A stretch of 64,000 bases of DNA from Amphiscolops sp. MND2022 (GCA_964187785.1 OZ076410.1:11160001-11224000), one strand, 5' to 3'. Counted from the stretch's first letter, positions 1 through 13,248 are shown. The notes: generated from the letters alone by a model not told the origin. Program-made: numbers and translations.

Positions 1-329
1 CACAATTGAAATCTTCCGGCCGATATTGAAAAATTTTGATTCACATGCTGAATGCTTCAATATTTTAGGAAAATTCTCGATTTATTGAAACGAAAAGTCA
101 AAGAAGAGGGGCTGCTTACTCTGGGTTAGGCGAGACATTGCAATTCAGTGATAGATTTCACTTTTTTCTGTCGTAAGAAAGTGACATTTACTAGTACAAC
201 TTTGAGCCCTTACTTCTCGTTCTCTATAATGGGTACGCGTTTTGCTTTTTCAAAAAAAATCGACACCACTCTCGACTACCTTCCAGTAGAAGTGTAGGTT
301 TGCCGACGTATGGTCAAACAATATCTCGG

Positions 330-520
330 CTACTATTATCTTCGAACCATTCGATACACTGGCATGGGTAATTACTTTTCAACAGTGCACTCCCGGGACC
401 TTCTCGTGGAAAACATTCACCTATTATTAATCCTCAATTTTTGAAAGAAGACATTCCTCGATCAAGGGCGACATTTGGCGCCTTCTTGGTTTTCTAACAC
501 CTCCATCATCGAGAGTATTT
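330..520 (-). pseudogene. Degenerate remnant of an unidentified small-ORF family (copy 1 of 3)
   Basis: Shares ordered nucleotide blocks with 16480-16640: AGGCGACATTTG-like (~465 vs ~16612), CCTTCTC(G/T)TGGAA (~399 vs 16537 and 19669) and ACTGGCATG..TACTTTT (~358 vs 16493). Multiple stops. Confidence 0.4.
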
Positions 521-675
521 TTGATGCAAAAACGTTTTCTCTGAAACATTCCCGAGGCGATTGTTCAAGTTCTATTAAATCGAGTGCTCAATCAGAGCAG
601 CCTCCATAAGAATCGTATTTACTGAGAATTGGTCGGTTGAAATCTCATTTTAGCCTAATTGTTGAGGTTACCAGT

Positions 676-1219
676 CACGGCTTTATACCATTTGGCTTAA
701 TTTTTTCGTCGAGTCATTTGGCTTAAAAATTTTAAGCCAAGTGACCACAAAATTAAGCCAAATCCATTCCAATTCAAGGAATAAATATGTCAACTACCGG
801 AAATATCATAAAGTGGGGCATATGCGGTGTATGCACGCTCGCCCTCACCGTCGCAAAGACCAGCTCCCACTACGATCGCTTCGCGATCTTCGTTCCCGCT
901 AGGTCTTTGCTCCTGTTCGACCTCGCTTAGCAAGATGGAAATATAAGCGGCCCCAAGGGGCCGCAGGGCACTAGAGGAAATGGGGACATACCCGAGGGGT
1001 ACTTGATATGACATGTTATAATAATACGCTGACTACGTTATAAAGATAAATTCGACAAAATCTGCCACGTGTTTTCAACTAAGTGGTTTTAAGTCAAATG
1101 ACTTTTTAAGCCAACTGACCAATACCCGAGACACTTAGCTTAAAAAAATTAAGCCAAGTGACCAATTGTATTAAGCCAAGTGACTTTAAGCCAAATGGCA
1201 TTATGCCAAGTGACCATTT
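676..1219. mobile_element. Foldback/MITE-like element with subterminal arrays of AAGCCAA(G/A)TGAC motifs
   Basis: Inverted arms (CATTTGGCTTAA on the left, TTAAGCCAAGTGACC on the right). A homologous copy with the same arm order lies at ~17140-17580. No TSD identified. Confidence 0.55.
800..995 (+). repeat. GC-rich core module; inverted copy at ~12075-12250
   Basis: GTGTATGCACGCTCGCCC..GACCAGCTCCCACT..CGATCGCTTCGCGATCT..GGCACTAGAGG is the reverse complement of 12075-12250 with scattered substitutions. Confidence 0.8.
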
Positions 1220-1265
1220 ACCGGCGAAAGGAGCGAAGCGACCGAGCCATACAACAAATACGATA

Positions 1266-1359
1266 AAATTCGACCGCATTCCATTCGATCCCTGCAATTC
1301 GATCAAAAGGTTCAACCTGTCCTTTCGACCAGAAAAATTCGACCTATTTACAGCCACCC
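1266..1359 (+). repeat. ~95-bp dispersed direct repeat (TTCGACC-rich MITE arm); second copy 12335-12430
   Basis: AAATTCGACCGCATTCCATTCGATCCCTGCAATTCGAT..TTCGACCAGAAAAATTCGACCTATTTACAGCCACC occurs at both sites. Confidence 0.85.
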
Positions 1360-1742
1360 TTATCGTCCAATAAGATTTCAGAAATCCAGCGCAAAAAATA
1401 CTTAGCACTGTATAATGCTCTGCAACCTGATTGGCTGACGCGGGCGGACCGGAACGAAGTGCCTTAAAAGATTTGAAAAATGAAGTTTTTTCCCGAGTCT
1501 GCTCTGAGATGTTCACATACTCCTAGTACCCTAAATGCAGGAGCGAAGCGAAGCGACGTGCCATATGGCCATGACTCAATGTTGCTACATGGCGAAGGGA
1601 GCGGAGCGACCGAGGCATACAACAAATATGATAAGTATTTTTCGGACTTGTGCAACCCAAATTTATTTTCGGACTTGTGCAACCCAAAATTATTTTCTGA
1701 CTTGTGCAACCCAAATTTATTTTCGAACGTGTGAATAGCCGC
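1359..1742 (+). repeat. Dispersed non-autonomous repeat with internal 3 x 27-bp TTTTCGGACTTGTGCAACCCAAATTTA array; inverted copy ~62565-62930, partial copy ~56230-56345
   Basis: Colinear reverse-complement match to 62565-62930 (CCTAAATGCAGGAGCGAAGCG..CCATATGGCCATG..TCAATGTTGCTAC..GCGACCGAG..TACAACAAATATG). Confidence 0.85.
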
Positions 1743-1754
1743 CAATTTTGAGAC

Positions 1755-2630
1755 ATGGGTCGTTTTTTGAACATCATACCACAAAATTCCACATGGAATT
1801 TCACTATGGAATCCATGAAAAAAGACCTAATAACTATCAAACTCAAGGTTGACAACCCAACATCAGCTAGGCCTCACGAGAACTATGAGGGTAAAGTAAA
1901 AACTAATCGAAACGAAACTCAAACGAAATGTACAACATACATCAGAAGTGGAACAAGACAAAATCGTGATCCTCGCAACTTTTTGCTCATCAAGACAAAT
2001 CAGAAATTCCGAGACAGTATCGAAATCAAAAAAGCGTTTGCTTCCATTTCTCCAAGCAAAAAATTACAATACGCTTTTATTACAGCACGTGGTAGTATAC
2101 ATCTTGAGTTTACAACATCAGAGGAGGCTGACTGTGTTTTGCAGGGATGGAGGGCTGAGTTATTTGACGGCGACTCGTCAGCTCGGAGACCTAGTGACAG
2201 GAATGAACAGCACAGCGCTGTAATACGGGGAGTTCCATTAGAAGTGTCCGACTCGGACTTGACTTCAGCTCTTACGGATAATTTTCCAGGTGTCAGAATC
2301 AGACGCTTTGTCAAAAGCGATGGAAAATCACTGCAAACTGTCAAACTGACGTTTCCCTCAAAAGCCCAGTTTGACAAGGCAACAACCGACGGGATTTTCA
2401 TTGACCATTTGTACTATCAACCAGTCGAATTCATACAGCAAGGAATACGAATAATCCGCTGCTACCGATGTCAGAAATTCGGACACGTCAGTTCCAATTG
2501 CCATTCGAAAGTGTCTTGCAAACATTGTTCCGGCGAGCACTCTATCGACAACTGCAGCGGTAATCAGCCTGCCAATTGCAGCGGAAGGCACGAAGCTGAT
2601 TCTTTTGACTGCCCAACTTATATTAAATAG
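1755..2630 (+). CDS. LINE ORF1 (gag-like nucleic-acid-binding protein, RRM-like region plus zinc knuckles)
   Basis: AVIRGVP..RIRRF..TVKLTF, then CYRCQKFGHVSSNC and CKHCSGEHSIDNC, plus a degenerate third knuckle (ANCSGRHEADSFDCP). Confidence 0.88.
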   Translation: MGRFLNIIPQNSTWNFTMESMKKDLITIKLKVDNPTSARPHENYEGKVKTNRNETQTKCTTYIRSGTRQNRDPRNFLLIKTNQKFRDSIEIKKAFASISPSKKLQYAFITARGSIHLEFTTSEEADCVLQGWRAELFDGDSSARRPSDRNEQHSAVIRGVPLEVSDSDLTSALTDNFPGVRIRRFVKSDGKSLQTVKLTFPSKAQFDKATTDGIFIDHLYYQPVEFIQQGIRIIRCYRCQKFGHVSSNCHSKVSCKHCSGEHSIDNCSGNQPANCSGRHEADSFDCPTYIK

Positions 2631-2761
2631 AAGCAAACAGTTCATGAGGCACAAGGTCTTTAAGCGCCGACTTTGAGAAACCCTTTGTCAAAAAATGATG
2701 GCTAACCCTGGTTTCACCTTCGATAAATATATGCGGCCTGAGTGATCATAGTAAAATAGCA

Positions 2762-4359
2762 TTGAATCAAAACTTAAAACAAACCAAAGCTGATATCGTT
2801 TTTCCTAATGAAACCCAGACACAAATTAGCGCAAATCCATTCGACAATTACACCATAATCTCTTCTATAGGTGGAAGTTCTGGGGGCGTCGCAGTTTTGT
2901 TGAAAAATCACATCCCCTACTCAAGACTTAATCAACTCGAAGACATCTCTGTTGATAATGTTGATTTGACTGTTAGGCTAAGCGGAATTAGGTTAGTTGT
3001 GTCCACTGCATATTGCAGACCCGAAGACTTCGAAGGATTGAGAAGTACAATAAAAGTTATACAGAGTTGCAAAACGTATGGTCATCTTTTCTGTGGAACG
3101 AGTTCAAGAATCTGCTGCACGAAGCTTCCCTTGGTCATATACCCCTCAAATGTGTTTCAAATCATAGCAACCGTTTTGGAACTCAGACTTGACAGACGCA
3201 AGCAATGAACTCCGATTTTTACGCAAAAAGTTCAAGTACAAATCAAATTTTGAAGATGGACAAAAGCTACAGGCAGCGAAGGAACGTTTCAAAATTCTAC
3301 TCAACAAAAGTGTAACTGAATGGATGGAAAACTGTCTGTCATCGCTTGGGCATAAAAGAGGGAGAGAATTTTGGACTTCTTACAAGTCCTTAATCAACAC
3401 TAAACATGAAGAAGTTGTTCTAATACGCAGTACGGAAGGGAGACTCTTTTAATGCTCCCTAGGAAATTAGCAAAGAAATCGAAACCATGTTCTTCAGAGG
3501 AGAACATCTGAAAAAGGAAATTTTCAACGATGCAACACAACTACAAGTAGGAGCCAAATTAAATCAACTACATGATGGTCCTGAACATGATATTGAAGTA
3601 TTTCATGATGAAATTACTTTCGATGAATTGAAGAATGCCATTTTGAAATCAAGCATTACTAAACCTTTTGATATTGATGGTCTCCATTTGACAATGATAA
3701 AGAATTTGGGAACTAAAGCACTCCTTTTTCTGCTGAATATTTTCAAAGCTTGCTGGGGGTATCATGTGTGGCCATGGACGGAGTCACGAGTCGTATTCAT
3801 ACGCATGAATGCGCTTCATATCGACCACTCTCAATCTTCAGTCATATCGGCAAAACGTTGGAAAGAATACTTGCAACCAGAATCCAATCACATCTCGATG
3901 TGAATGGACTGCTTGGTGACAAACAAGAGGGTTTCAGATCGAAAAGAAACACCACTCGATCGCTCTACAGACTATATCTCATGCTGGAAAATGCCAAACG
4001 ATCACGTTTACCGACGGTTCTGCTTAACATTGACCTCGAAAAGGCTTTCGATAGCGTGTGGGTGGATGGCCTTCTCTTTAAACTGTTGGAACACAATATT
4101 TCCGGCGAAATGTATCTGATAATAGAATCGTTCTTAAAAACAAGAGTCGCATCAATTGAACTGATATGGATATCAATCGCCGAAGTTCCAGATTGACATT
4201 GGCGTTCCACAGGGAAATGTGTTGTCACCATTACTCTTCATCATCTTCCTAAACGACTTCCTCAGTAATCAAGCTCAAAAATTCAAGTTTGCAGACGATA
4301 GTTCTCTCATTGCCACTGGCAAGGATCCGTCAGAATTATCTGCCATCCTTCGAAAAACC
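2762..4359 (+). pseudogene. LINE ORF2 copy 1 (internally deleted APE plus RT to just past FADD)
   Basis: Frameshifted APE/RT fragments; jumps back to the APE sequence at 4358-4364. Confidence 0.85.
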
Positions 4360-6503
4360 TTCTGGGGGCGTCGCAGTTTTGTTGAAAAATCACATCCCCT
4401 ACTCAAGACTTAATCAACTCGAAGACATCTCTGTTGATAATGTTGATTTGACTGTTAGGCTAAGCGGAATTAGGTTAGTTGTGTCCACTGCATATTGCAG
4501 ACCCGAAGACTTCGAAGGATTGAGAAGTACAATAAAAGTTATACAGAGTTGCAAAACGTATGGTCATCTTTTCTGTGGAACGAGTTCAAGAATCTGCTGC
4601 ACGAAGCTTCCCTTGGTCATATACCCCTCAAATGTGTTTCAAATCATAGCAACCGTTTTGGAACTCAGACTTGACAGACGCAAGCAATGAACTCCGATTT
4701 TTACGCAAAAAGTTCAAGTACAAATCAAATTTTGAAGATGGACAAAAGCTACAGGCAGCGAAGGAACGTTTCAAAATTCTACTCAACAAAAGTGTAACTG
4801 AATGGATGGAAAACTGTCTGTCATCGCTTGGGCATAAAAGAGGGAGAGAATTTTGGACTTCTTACAAGTCCTTAATCAACACTAAACATGAAGAAGTTGT
4901 TCTAATACGCAGTACGGAAGGGAGACTCTTTTATGCTCCAGAGGAAATTAGCAAAGAAATCGAAACCATGTTCTTCAGAGGAGAACATCTGAAAAAGGAA
5001 ATTTTCAACGATGCAACACAACTACAAGTAGGAGCCAAATTAAATCAACTACATGATGGTCCTGAACATGATATTGAAGTATTTCATGATGAAATTACTT
5101 TCGATGAATTGAAGAATGCCATTTTGAAATCAAGCATTACTAAACCTTTTGATATTGATGGTCTCCATTTGACAATGATAAAGAATTTGGGAACTAAAGC
5201 ACTCCTTTTTCTGCTGAATATTTTCGATGCTTGCTGGGGGTATCATGTGTGGCCATGGACGGAGTCACGAGTCGTATTCATACGCATGAATGCGCTTCAT
5301 ATCGACCACTCTCAATCTTCAGTCATATCGGCAAAACGTTGGAAAGAATACTTGCAACCAGAATCCAATCACATCTCGATGTGAATGGACTGCTTGGTGA
5401 CAAACAAGAGGGTTTCAGATCGAAAAGAAACACCACTCGATCGCTCTACAGACTATATCTCATGCTGGAAAATGCCAAACGATCACGTTTACCGACGGTT
5501 CTGCTTAACATTGACCTCGAAAAGGCTTTCGATAGCGTGTGGGTGGATGGCCTTCTCTTTAAACTGTTGGAACACAATATTTCCGGCGAAATGTATCTGA
5601 TAATAGAATCGTTCTTAAAAACAAGAGTCGCATCAATTGAACTGATATGGATATCAATCGCCGAAGTTCCAGATTGACATTGGCGTTCCACAGGGAAATG
5701 TGTTGTCACCATTACTCTTCATCATCTTCCTAAACGACTTCCTCAGTAATCAAGCTCAAAATTCAAGTTTGCAGACGATAGTTCTCTCATTGCCACTGGC
5801 AAGGATCCGTCAGAATTATCTGCCATCCTTCGAAAAACTTGTTCTGACATCGAGAAGTGGTGTGCCGATTGGAGGATGTTAGTGAACGAAGGAAAAACTG
5901 AATTAATCCTTTTCAATTGCGAAGAGAATGACTTCGAACTCCCGTGCTGCAATGGTGATATATGTCAGGTTAAAAAAACAACAAAGTCTTTCGGAGTAAC
6001 TATCGATAGCAAGCTCAACTACCGGGTCATTCTTCTAAAACTATCGAGAGAGCAAAGCGAAATTGGAATATAATCAAGTCGTTATGCAATAAAAAATGGA
6101 GCCTTGCAGTTCCAACGTTAGTTCTGTTGTACAAAACCACTATCTTACCCTCACTTTTTTATGCAGCACCAATTTGGCTTGGGAAAAACCTCAAATACGT
6201 CACAGCAGTACACAAAAATTTCATGAGGACAGTTTTTAGACACGGATTTTCGCCGAATATCGACTCATGTCAAGTTCTGCTAGGAACGCCGCCTCTTGAT
6301 CGTCTGAGTACAGCCATCAACGTCAAATTTCTCTCGAAGCTCAAACTAGAAGACGATTTACTACATTGGACCCATGATGCATCTTCATCTTTTCCGGACA
6401 GTGTTGCTAACCTCCTCGAGAGTCATGTTACCAGATTTGGAAATTTTTTGAGAAATCACAAATGTACGAGATATAAACAGCAAGATGTCAACCTTTCATT
6501 AAC
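4360..6503 (+). pseudogene. LINE ORF2 copy 2
   Basis: Repeats copy 1 at an offset of 1481-1482 bp and continues through the RT C-terminal region. Confidence 0.88.
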
Positions 6504-6519
6504 CAAAACCTTTCATGTC

Positions 6520-8760
6520 AACCAAAGCTGATATCGTTTTTCCTAATGAAACCCAGACACAAATTAGCGCAAATCCATTCGACAATTACACCATAATCTC
6601 TTCTATAGGTGGAAGTTCTGGGGGCGTCGCAGTTTTGTTGAAAAATCACATCCCCTACTCAAGACTTAATCAACTCGAAGACATCTCTGTTGATAATGTT
6701 GATTTGACTGTTAGGCTAAGCGGAATTAGGTTAGTTGTGTCCACTGCATATTGCAGACCCGAAGACTTCGAAGGATTGAGAAGTACAATAAAAGTTATAC
6801 AGAGTTGCAAAACGTATGGTCATCTTTTCTGTGGAACGAGTTCAAGAATCTGCTGCACGAAGCTTCCCTTGGTCATATACCCCTCAAATGTGTTTCAAAT
6901 CATAGCAACCGTTTTGGAACTCAGACTTGACAGACGCAAGCAATGAACTCCGATTTTTACGCAAAAAGTTCAAGTACAAATCAAATTTTGAAGATGGACA
7001 AAAGCTACAGGCAGCGAAGGAACGTTTCAAAATTCTACTCAACAAAAGTGTAACTGAATGGATGGAAAACTGTCTGTCATCGCTTGGGCATAAAAGAGGG
7101 AGAGAATTTTGGACTTCTTACAAGTCCTTAATCAACACTAAACATGAAGAAGTTGTTCTAATACGCAGTACGGAAGGGAGACTCTTTTATGCTCCCTAGG
7201 AAATTAGCAAAGAAATCGAAACCATGTTCTTCAGAGGAGAACATCTGAAAAAGGAAATTTTCAACGATGCAACACAACTACAAGTAGGAGCCAAATTAAA
7301 TCAACTACATGATGGTCCTGAACATGATATTGAAGTATTTCATGATGAAATTACTTTCGATGAATTGAAGAATGCCATTTTGAAATCAAGCATTACTAAA
7401 CCTTTTGATATTGATGGTCTCCATTTGACAATGATAAAGAATTTGGGAACTAAAGCACTCCTTTTTCTGCTGAATATTTTCGATGCTTGCTGGGGGTATC
7501 ATGTGTGGCCATGGACGGAGTCACGAGTCGTATTCATACGCATGAATGCGCTTCATATCGACCACTCTCAATCTTCAGTCATATCGGCAAAACGTTGGAA
7601 AGAATACTTGCAACCAGAATCCAATCACATCTCGATGTGAATGGACTGCTTGGTGACAAACAAGAGGGTTTCAGATCGAAAAGAAACACCACTCGATCGC
7701 TCTACAGACTATATCTCATGCTGGAAAATGCCAAACGATCACGTTTACCGACGGTTCTGCTTAACATTGACCTCGAAAAGGCTTTCGATAGCGTGTGGGT
7801 GGATGGCCTTCTCTTTAAACTGTTGGAACACAATATTTCCGGCGAAATGTATCTGATAATAGAATCGTTCTTAAAAACAAGAGTCGCATCAATTGAACTG
7901 ATATGGATATCAATCGCCGAAGTTCCAGATTGACATTGGCGTTCCACAGGGAAATGTGTTGTCACCATTACTCTTCATCATCTTCCTAAACGACTTCCTC
8001 AGTAATCAAGCTCAAAAATTCAAGTTTGCAGACGATAGTTCTCTCATTGCCACTGGCAAGGATCCGTCAGAATTATCTGCCATCCTTCGAAAAACTTGTT
8101 CTGACATCGAGAAGTGGTGTGCCGATTGGAGGATGTTAGTGAACGAAGGAAAAACTGAATTAATCCTTTTCAATTGCGAAGAGAATGACTTCGAACTCCC
8201 GTGCTGCAATGGTGATATATGTCAGGTTAAAAAAACAACAAAGTCTTTCGGAGTAACTATCGATAGCAAGCTCAACTACCGGGTCATTCTTCTAAAACTA
8301 TCGAGAGAGCAAAGCGAAATTGGAATATAATCAAGTCGTTATGCAATAAAAAATGGAGCCTTGCAGTTCCAACGTTAGTTCTGTTGTACAAAACCACTAT
8401 CTTACCCTCACTTTTTTATGCAGCACCAATTTGGCTTGGGAAAAACCTCAAATACGTCACAGCAGTACACAAAAATTTCATGAGGACAGTTTTTAGACAC
8501 GGATTTTCGCCGAATATCGACTCATGTCAAGTTCTGCTAGGAACGCCGCCTCTTGATCGTCTGAGTACAGCCATCAACGTCAAATTTCTCTCGAAGCTCA
8601 AACTAGAAGACGATTTACTACATTGGACCCATGATGCATCTTCATCTTTTCCGGACAGTGTTGCTAACCTCCTCGAGAGTCATGTTACCAGATTTGGAAA
8701 TTTTTTGAGAAATCACAAATGTACGAGATATAAACAGCAAGATGTCAACCTTTCATTAAC
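6520..8760 (+). pseudogene. LINE ORF2 copy 3
   Basis: Near-identical unit at an offset of 2256 bp; ORFs 6515, 6927, 7487 and 8384 mirror neighbouring copies. Confidence 0.88.
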
Positions 8761-8776
8761 CAAAACCTTTCATGTC

Positions 8777-11392
8777 AACCAAAGCTGATATCGTTTTTCC
8801 TAATGAAACCCAGACACAAATTAGCGCAAATCCATTCGACAATTACACCATAATCTCTTCTATAGGTGGAAGTTCTGGGGGCGTCGCAGTTTTGTTGAAA
8901 AATCACATCCCCTACTCAAGACTTAATCAACTCGAAGACATCTCTGTTGATAATGTTGATTTGACTGTTAGGCTAAGCGGAATTAGGTTAGTTGTGTCCA
9001 CTGCATATTGCAGACCCGAAGACTTCGAAGGATTGAGAAGTACAATAAAAGTTATACAGAGTTGCAAAACGTATGGTCATCTTTTCTGTGGAACGAGTTC
9101 AAGAATCTGCTGCACGAAGCTTCCCTTGGTCATATACCCCTCAAATGTGTTTCAAATCATAGCAACCGTTTTGGAACTCAGACTTGACAGACGCAAGCAA
9201 TGAACTCCGATTTTTACGTAAAAAGTTCAAGTACAAATCAAATTTTGAAGATGGACAAAAGCTACAGGCAGCGAAGGAACGTTTCAAAATTCTACTCAAC
9301 AAAAGTGTAACTGAATGGATGGAAAACTGTCTGTCATCGCTTGGGCATAAAAGAGGGAGAGAATTTTGGACTTCTTACAAGTCCTTAATCAACACTAAAC
9401 ATGAAGAAGTTGTTCTAATACGCAGTACGGAAGGGAGACTCTTTTATGCTCCAGAGGAAATTAGCAAAGAAATCGAAACCATGTTCTTCAGAGGAGAACA
9501 TCTGAAAAAGGAAATTTTCAACGATGCAACACAACTACAAGTAGGAGCCAAATTAAATCAACTACATGATGGTCCTGAACATGATATTGAAGTATTTCAT
9601 GATGAAATTACTTTCGATGAATTGAAGAATGCCATTTTGAAATCAAGCATTACTAAACCTTTTGATATTGATGGTCTCCATTTGACAATGATAAAGAATT
9701 TGGGAACTAAAGCACTCCTTTTTCTGCTGAATATTTTCGATGCTTGCTGGGGGTATCATGTGTGGCCATGGACGGAGTCACGAGTCGTATTCATACGCAT
9801 GAATGCGCTTCATATCGACCACTCGCAATCTTCAGTCATATCGGCAAAACGTTGGAAAGAATACTTGCAACCAGAATCCAATCACATCTCGATGTGAATG
9901 GACTGCTTGGTGACAAACAAGAGGGTTTCAGATCGAAAAGAAACACCACTCGATCGCTCTACAGACTATATCTCATGCTGGAAAATGCCAAACGATCACG
10001 TTTACCGACGGTTCTGCTTAACATTGACCTCGAAAAGGCTTTCGATAGCGTGTGGGTGGATGGCCTTCTCTTTAAACTGTTGGAACACAATATTTCCGGC
10101 GAAATGTATCTGATAATAGAATCGTTCTTAAAAACAAGAGTCGCTTCAATTGAACTGATATGGATATCAATCGCCGAAGTTCCAGATTGACATTGGCGTT
10201 CCACAGGGAAATGTGTTGTCACCATTACTCTTCATCATCTTCCTAAACGACTTCCTCAGTAATCAAGCTCAAAAATTCAAGTTTGCAGACGATAGTTCTC
10301 TCATTGCCACTGGCAAGGATCCGTCAGAATTGTCTGCCATCCTTCGAAAAACTTGTTCTGACATCGAGAAGTGGTGTGCCGATTGGAGGATGTTAGTGAA
10401 CGAAGGAAAAACTGAATTAATCCTTTTCAATTGCGAAGAGAATGACTTCGAACTCCCGTGCTGCAATGGTGATATATGTCAGGTTAAAAAAACAACAAAG
10501 TCTTTCGGAGTAACTATCGATAGCAAGCTCAACTACCGGGTCATTCTTCTAAAACTATCGAGAGAGCAAAGCGAAATTGGAATATAATCAAGTCGTTATG
10601 CAATAAAAAATGGAGCCTTGCAGTTCCAACGTTAGTTCTGTTGTACAAAACCACTATCTTACCCTCACTTTTTTATGCAGCACCAATTTGGCTTGGGAAA
10701 AACCTCAAATACGTCACAGCAGTACACAAAAATTTCATGAGGACAGTTTTTAGACACGGATTTTCGCCGAATATCGACTCATGTCAAGTTCTGCTAGGAA
10801 CGCCGCCTCTTGATCGTCTGAGTACAGCCATCAACGTCAAATTTCTCTCGAAGCTCAAACTAGAAGACGATTTACTACATTGGACCCATGATGCATCTTC
10901 ATCTTTTCCGGACAGTGTTGCTAACCTCCTCGAGAGTCATGTTACCAGATTTGGAAATTTTTTGAGAAATCACAAATGTACGAGATATAAACAGCAAGAT
11001 GTCAACCTTTCATTAACAATCTTTGGAACCTCTGGTGGACAAATAATGACAACAAGTCATTTCTGAAATGTTACACCAGAACCCCACCAATTTGTAACAC
11101 TTTATCGCCCCTTTTCAACCTTCAAAGGTATGAAGCCATCAATACTTGTCAAATGCTGATCTGCAATTCCTTCGCTTTAGCCGATTACGCTTGGAAAAAT
11201 TGGCAGACGGAATCTCCGATGTGTCATTGTGGCAAAAGTGAAGAGACTACAGAACATTTCGTTCTGACATGTGGCCTATACCAAGACATCAGACCTGAAG
11301 ACATTGACTCATCGAATCTCCTTGACCCTGAAGATTGCAATGCCATTGTCGACTACACCTCATATTCAACGAAGTTACAAGGAATCGTATAG
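8777..11392 (+). pseudogene. LINE ORF2 copy 4 plus the native 3' end with CCHC knuckle
   Basis: Offset 2257 bp; after 11018 the sequence continues uniquely to CHCGKSEETTEHFVLTC (ORF 11153-11392). Confidence 0.88.
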
Positions 11393-11899
11393 CGCTCATC
11401 ATTAAATCCTAACTTAACTTTAACCAACTCTCAATCCTCTCTTTGTACTGTTTACCGCAATCGAAAAAATTGAAGACCTTGACGTCGAAGTGGTCGCCGG
11501 TCATAGGTACAGGATCAGTCATCAGCTCAAGGGATTTCTGCGAGAAATTCTTTCATGAAAAATCCAAAGAACATAATGAACTCATGGGAAAATTAGCAAA
11601 GCATGCAGAATATACCCTCAAAATGTTTAAAAATGCCTTAACACACCAGTACAACAATTGGATTTCATCTGTGAAACAACACCCGAAAGTGAAAGCATAT
11701 TGGAAAAATCTGAAAATCTGGTTAGAAAATGCTACCAGCAAACCTACTTGATACCGAAGCCAACTTGACAAAGTTTATAACAAGTTTCTCTCTGCCAGAG
11801 CGTACCGGATGACTGAATATCACGCTCCCCGAGGACAGCGCTCACTAAAACGAAAGATCGAAAGCAATGTCATAGAGTCCGCAGCACGGGTCGAATTGA

Positions 11900-12430
11900 A
11901 AGTGTGGGCGGAAATAGGTCGAAGGAACGAGTTCGAAAATCAGAGTTAGTCCTCGGGTCGACATACCAAATTTTTGAATGGGATTGAATTAACTCGGATC
12001 GAAATTTTAATTTTTGGGAAACAAATCGAATTGCCGCAGATAGAACCTTGTAGAAAAGTATAAAACGTGTCTCGGATATGTCCCCATATCCTCTAGTGCC
12101 CCGCGGCCCCTTGAGGCCGCTTATGTTCCCATCTTGCTAAGCGAGGTCGACCAGGAGCAAAGACCTAGCGGGGACGGAGATCGCGAAGCGATCGCAGTGG
12201 GAGCTGGTCTTTTCGACGGTGGGGGCGAGCGTGCATACACAGCATATGTTTCACCTTATTATAGTCAAACGACTTGAGGAGACGTTTTTATAGTTATTAT
12301 AGTCAAACTCGACCGATCAAAGAAGGCTTCAATCAAATTCGACCGCATTCCATTCGATCCCTGCAATTCGATGAAAAGGTTGGACCTCTGTGCTTTCGAC
12401 CAGAAAAATTCGACCTATTTACAGCCACCC
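11900..12430. mobile_element. MITE-like element with imperfect TIRs (GGCGGAAATAGGTCGAA / TTCGACCTATTTACAGCC) enclosing the GC-rich core
   Basis: Inverted termini and subterminal TCGA-rich repeats; the core is an inverted copy of 800-995. Confidence 0.5.
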
Positions 12431-13248
12431 GAATTGGAGCAGAGGAGCTCTGGTCTCTCGATCTCGCAGCGGAAAAAGGATCATCATGTTGGTTGAATGT
12501 CTTACCAATCAAACGTTATCTTTTCAATTTGAATGAGTCAGAATTTCGCGAGGCTAATGCTCTCACATATGGCTGGGAACCACGACATCGGCCAGCCATC
12601 CGCCCCTGTGGTCAAATGTTGTCAGTTTCGCACGCCTTTCATTGCCCCAAAGGAGATTATACACATATGATACACGAAACCATCCGAGATACCTTTGCTG
12701 AGCGCATGAACGAAGTTTGCTACAATGTCGAAATCAAACAATATCTTCAATCGTTACAAGGCGAGTCTCTTCATCATCGAACCACGACCACTGAAGATGA
12801 AGCTCGACTGTACATAAAAGAAATTGAAGTGTGGGGGACTCGGTTTAGCAAAATCTACTTTGATGTGAAGATCTTTAACCCCTCGGCAAAGAGCTGCCTG
12901 GAGTCAATTCCTGATGCCTCTACATTCCATGAGTTTCAAAAACGGCTGAAATATGAGCAAAGAATCATCAAAGTCGGAAATTCAAACGTCAACCCTTTTA
13001 TCTTTGCGTACACAGGAGGCGCGGGACCGACAGCAACCAGGGTTATGAAACGTCTCGCTGCGAAATTTTACGAGCATAAGGACGCGAGTAATGCAGACGG
13101 TATCGCATACATCAGAACAGAGCTAAGCTTTGCACTGCTCCGAAGCACGATCATCTGCATTAGAGAATGCAGGTCGACAAAAATATGTCCTAACCAATTT
13201 GTTGATTCCACAATTGATGCCATCATTGAGGCAAAAAGACTGTCTTAA
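12431..13248 (+). pseudogene. 3' fragment of a CRE-like non-LTR retrotransposon (restriction-enzyme-like endonuclease)
   Basis: SSCWLNVLP..EFREA, CG..SHAFHCPKG, H..IRD, D..IFNP, K..KY, PFIF..TGG.G, LSFALLRS..C.R. The first ~50 codons of the called ORF come from the MITE. Confidence 0.8.

Larger units (their letters stand above)
1755..11400 (+). mobile_element. Decayed APE-type LINE (I/Jockey/L2B-like; clade not resolved) with internal tandem amplification of ORF2
   Basis: ORF1 with CCHC knuckles, then APE fragment (DIVFPNET, GGVAVL), RT motifs (YRPLS, QEGFR, LNIDLEKAFD, PQG..LSP.LF, FADD) and a C-terminal CHCG..ETTEHFVLTC zinc knuckle. No TSD or poly(A) tail found. Confidence 0.9.

Noticed and set aside
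11443-11751. 102-aa ORF after the LINE 3' end
   Set aside because: No recognisable domain or splice context; it may be a fragment of another element but cannot be supported.
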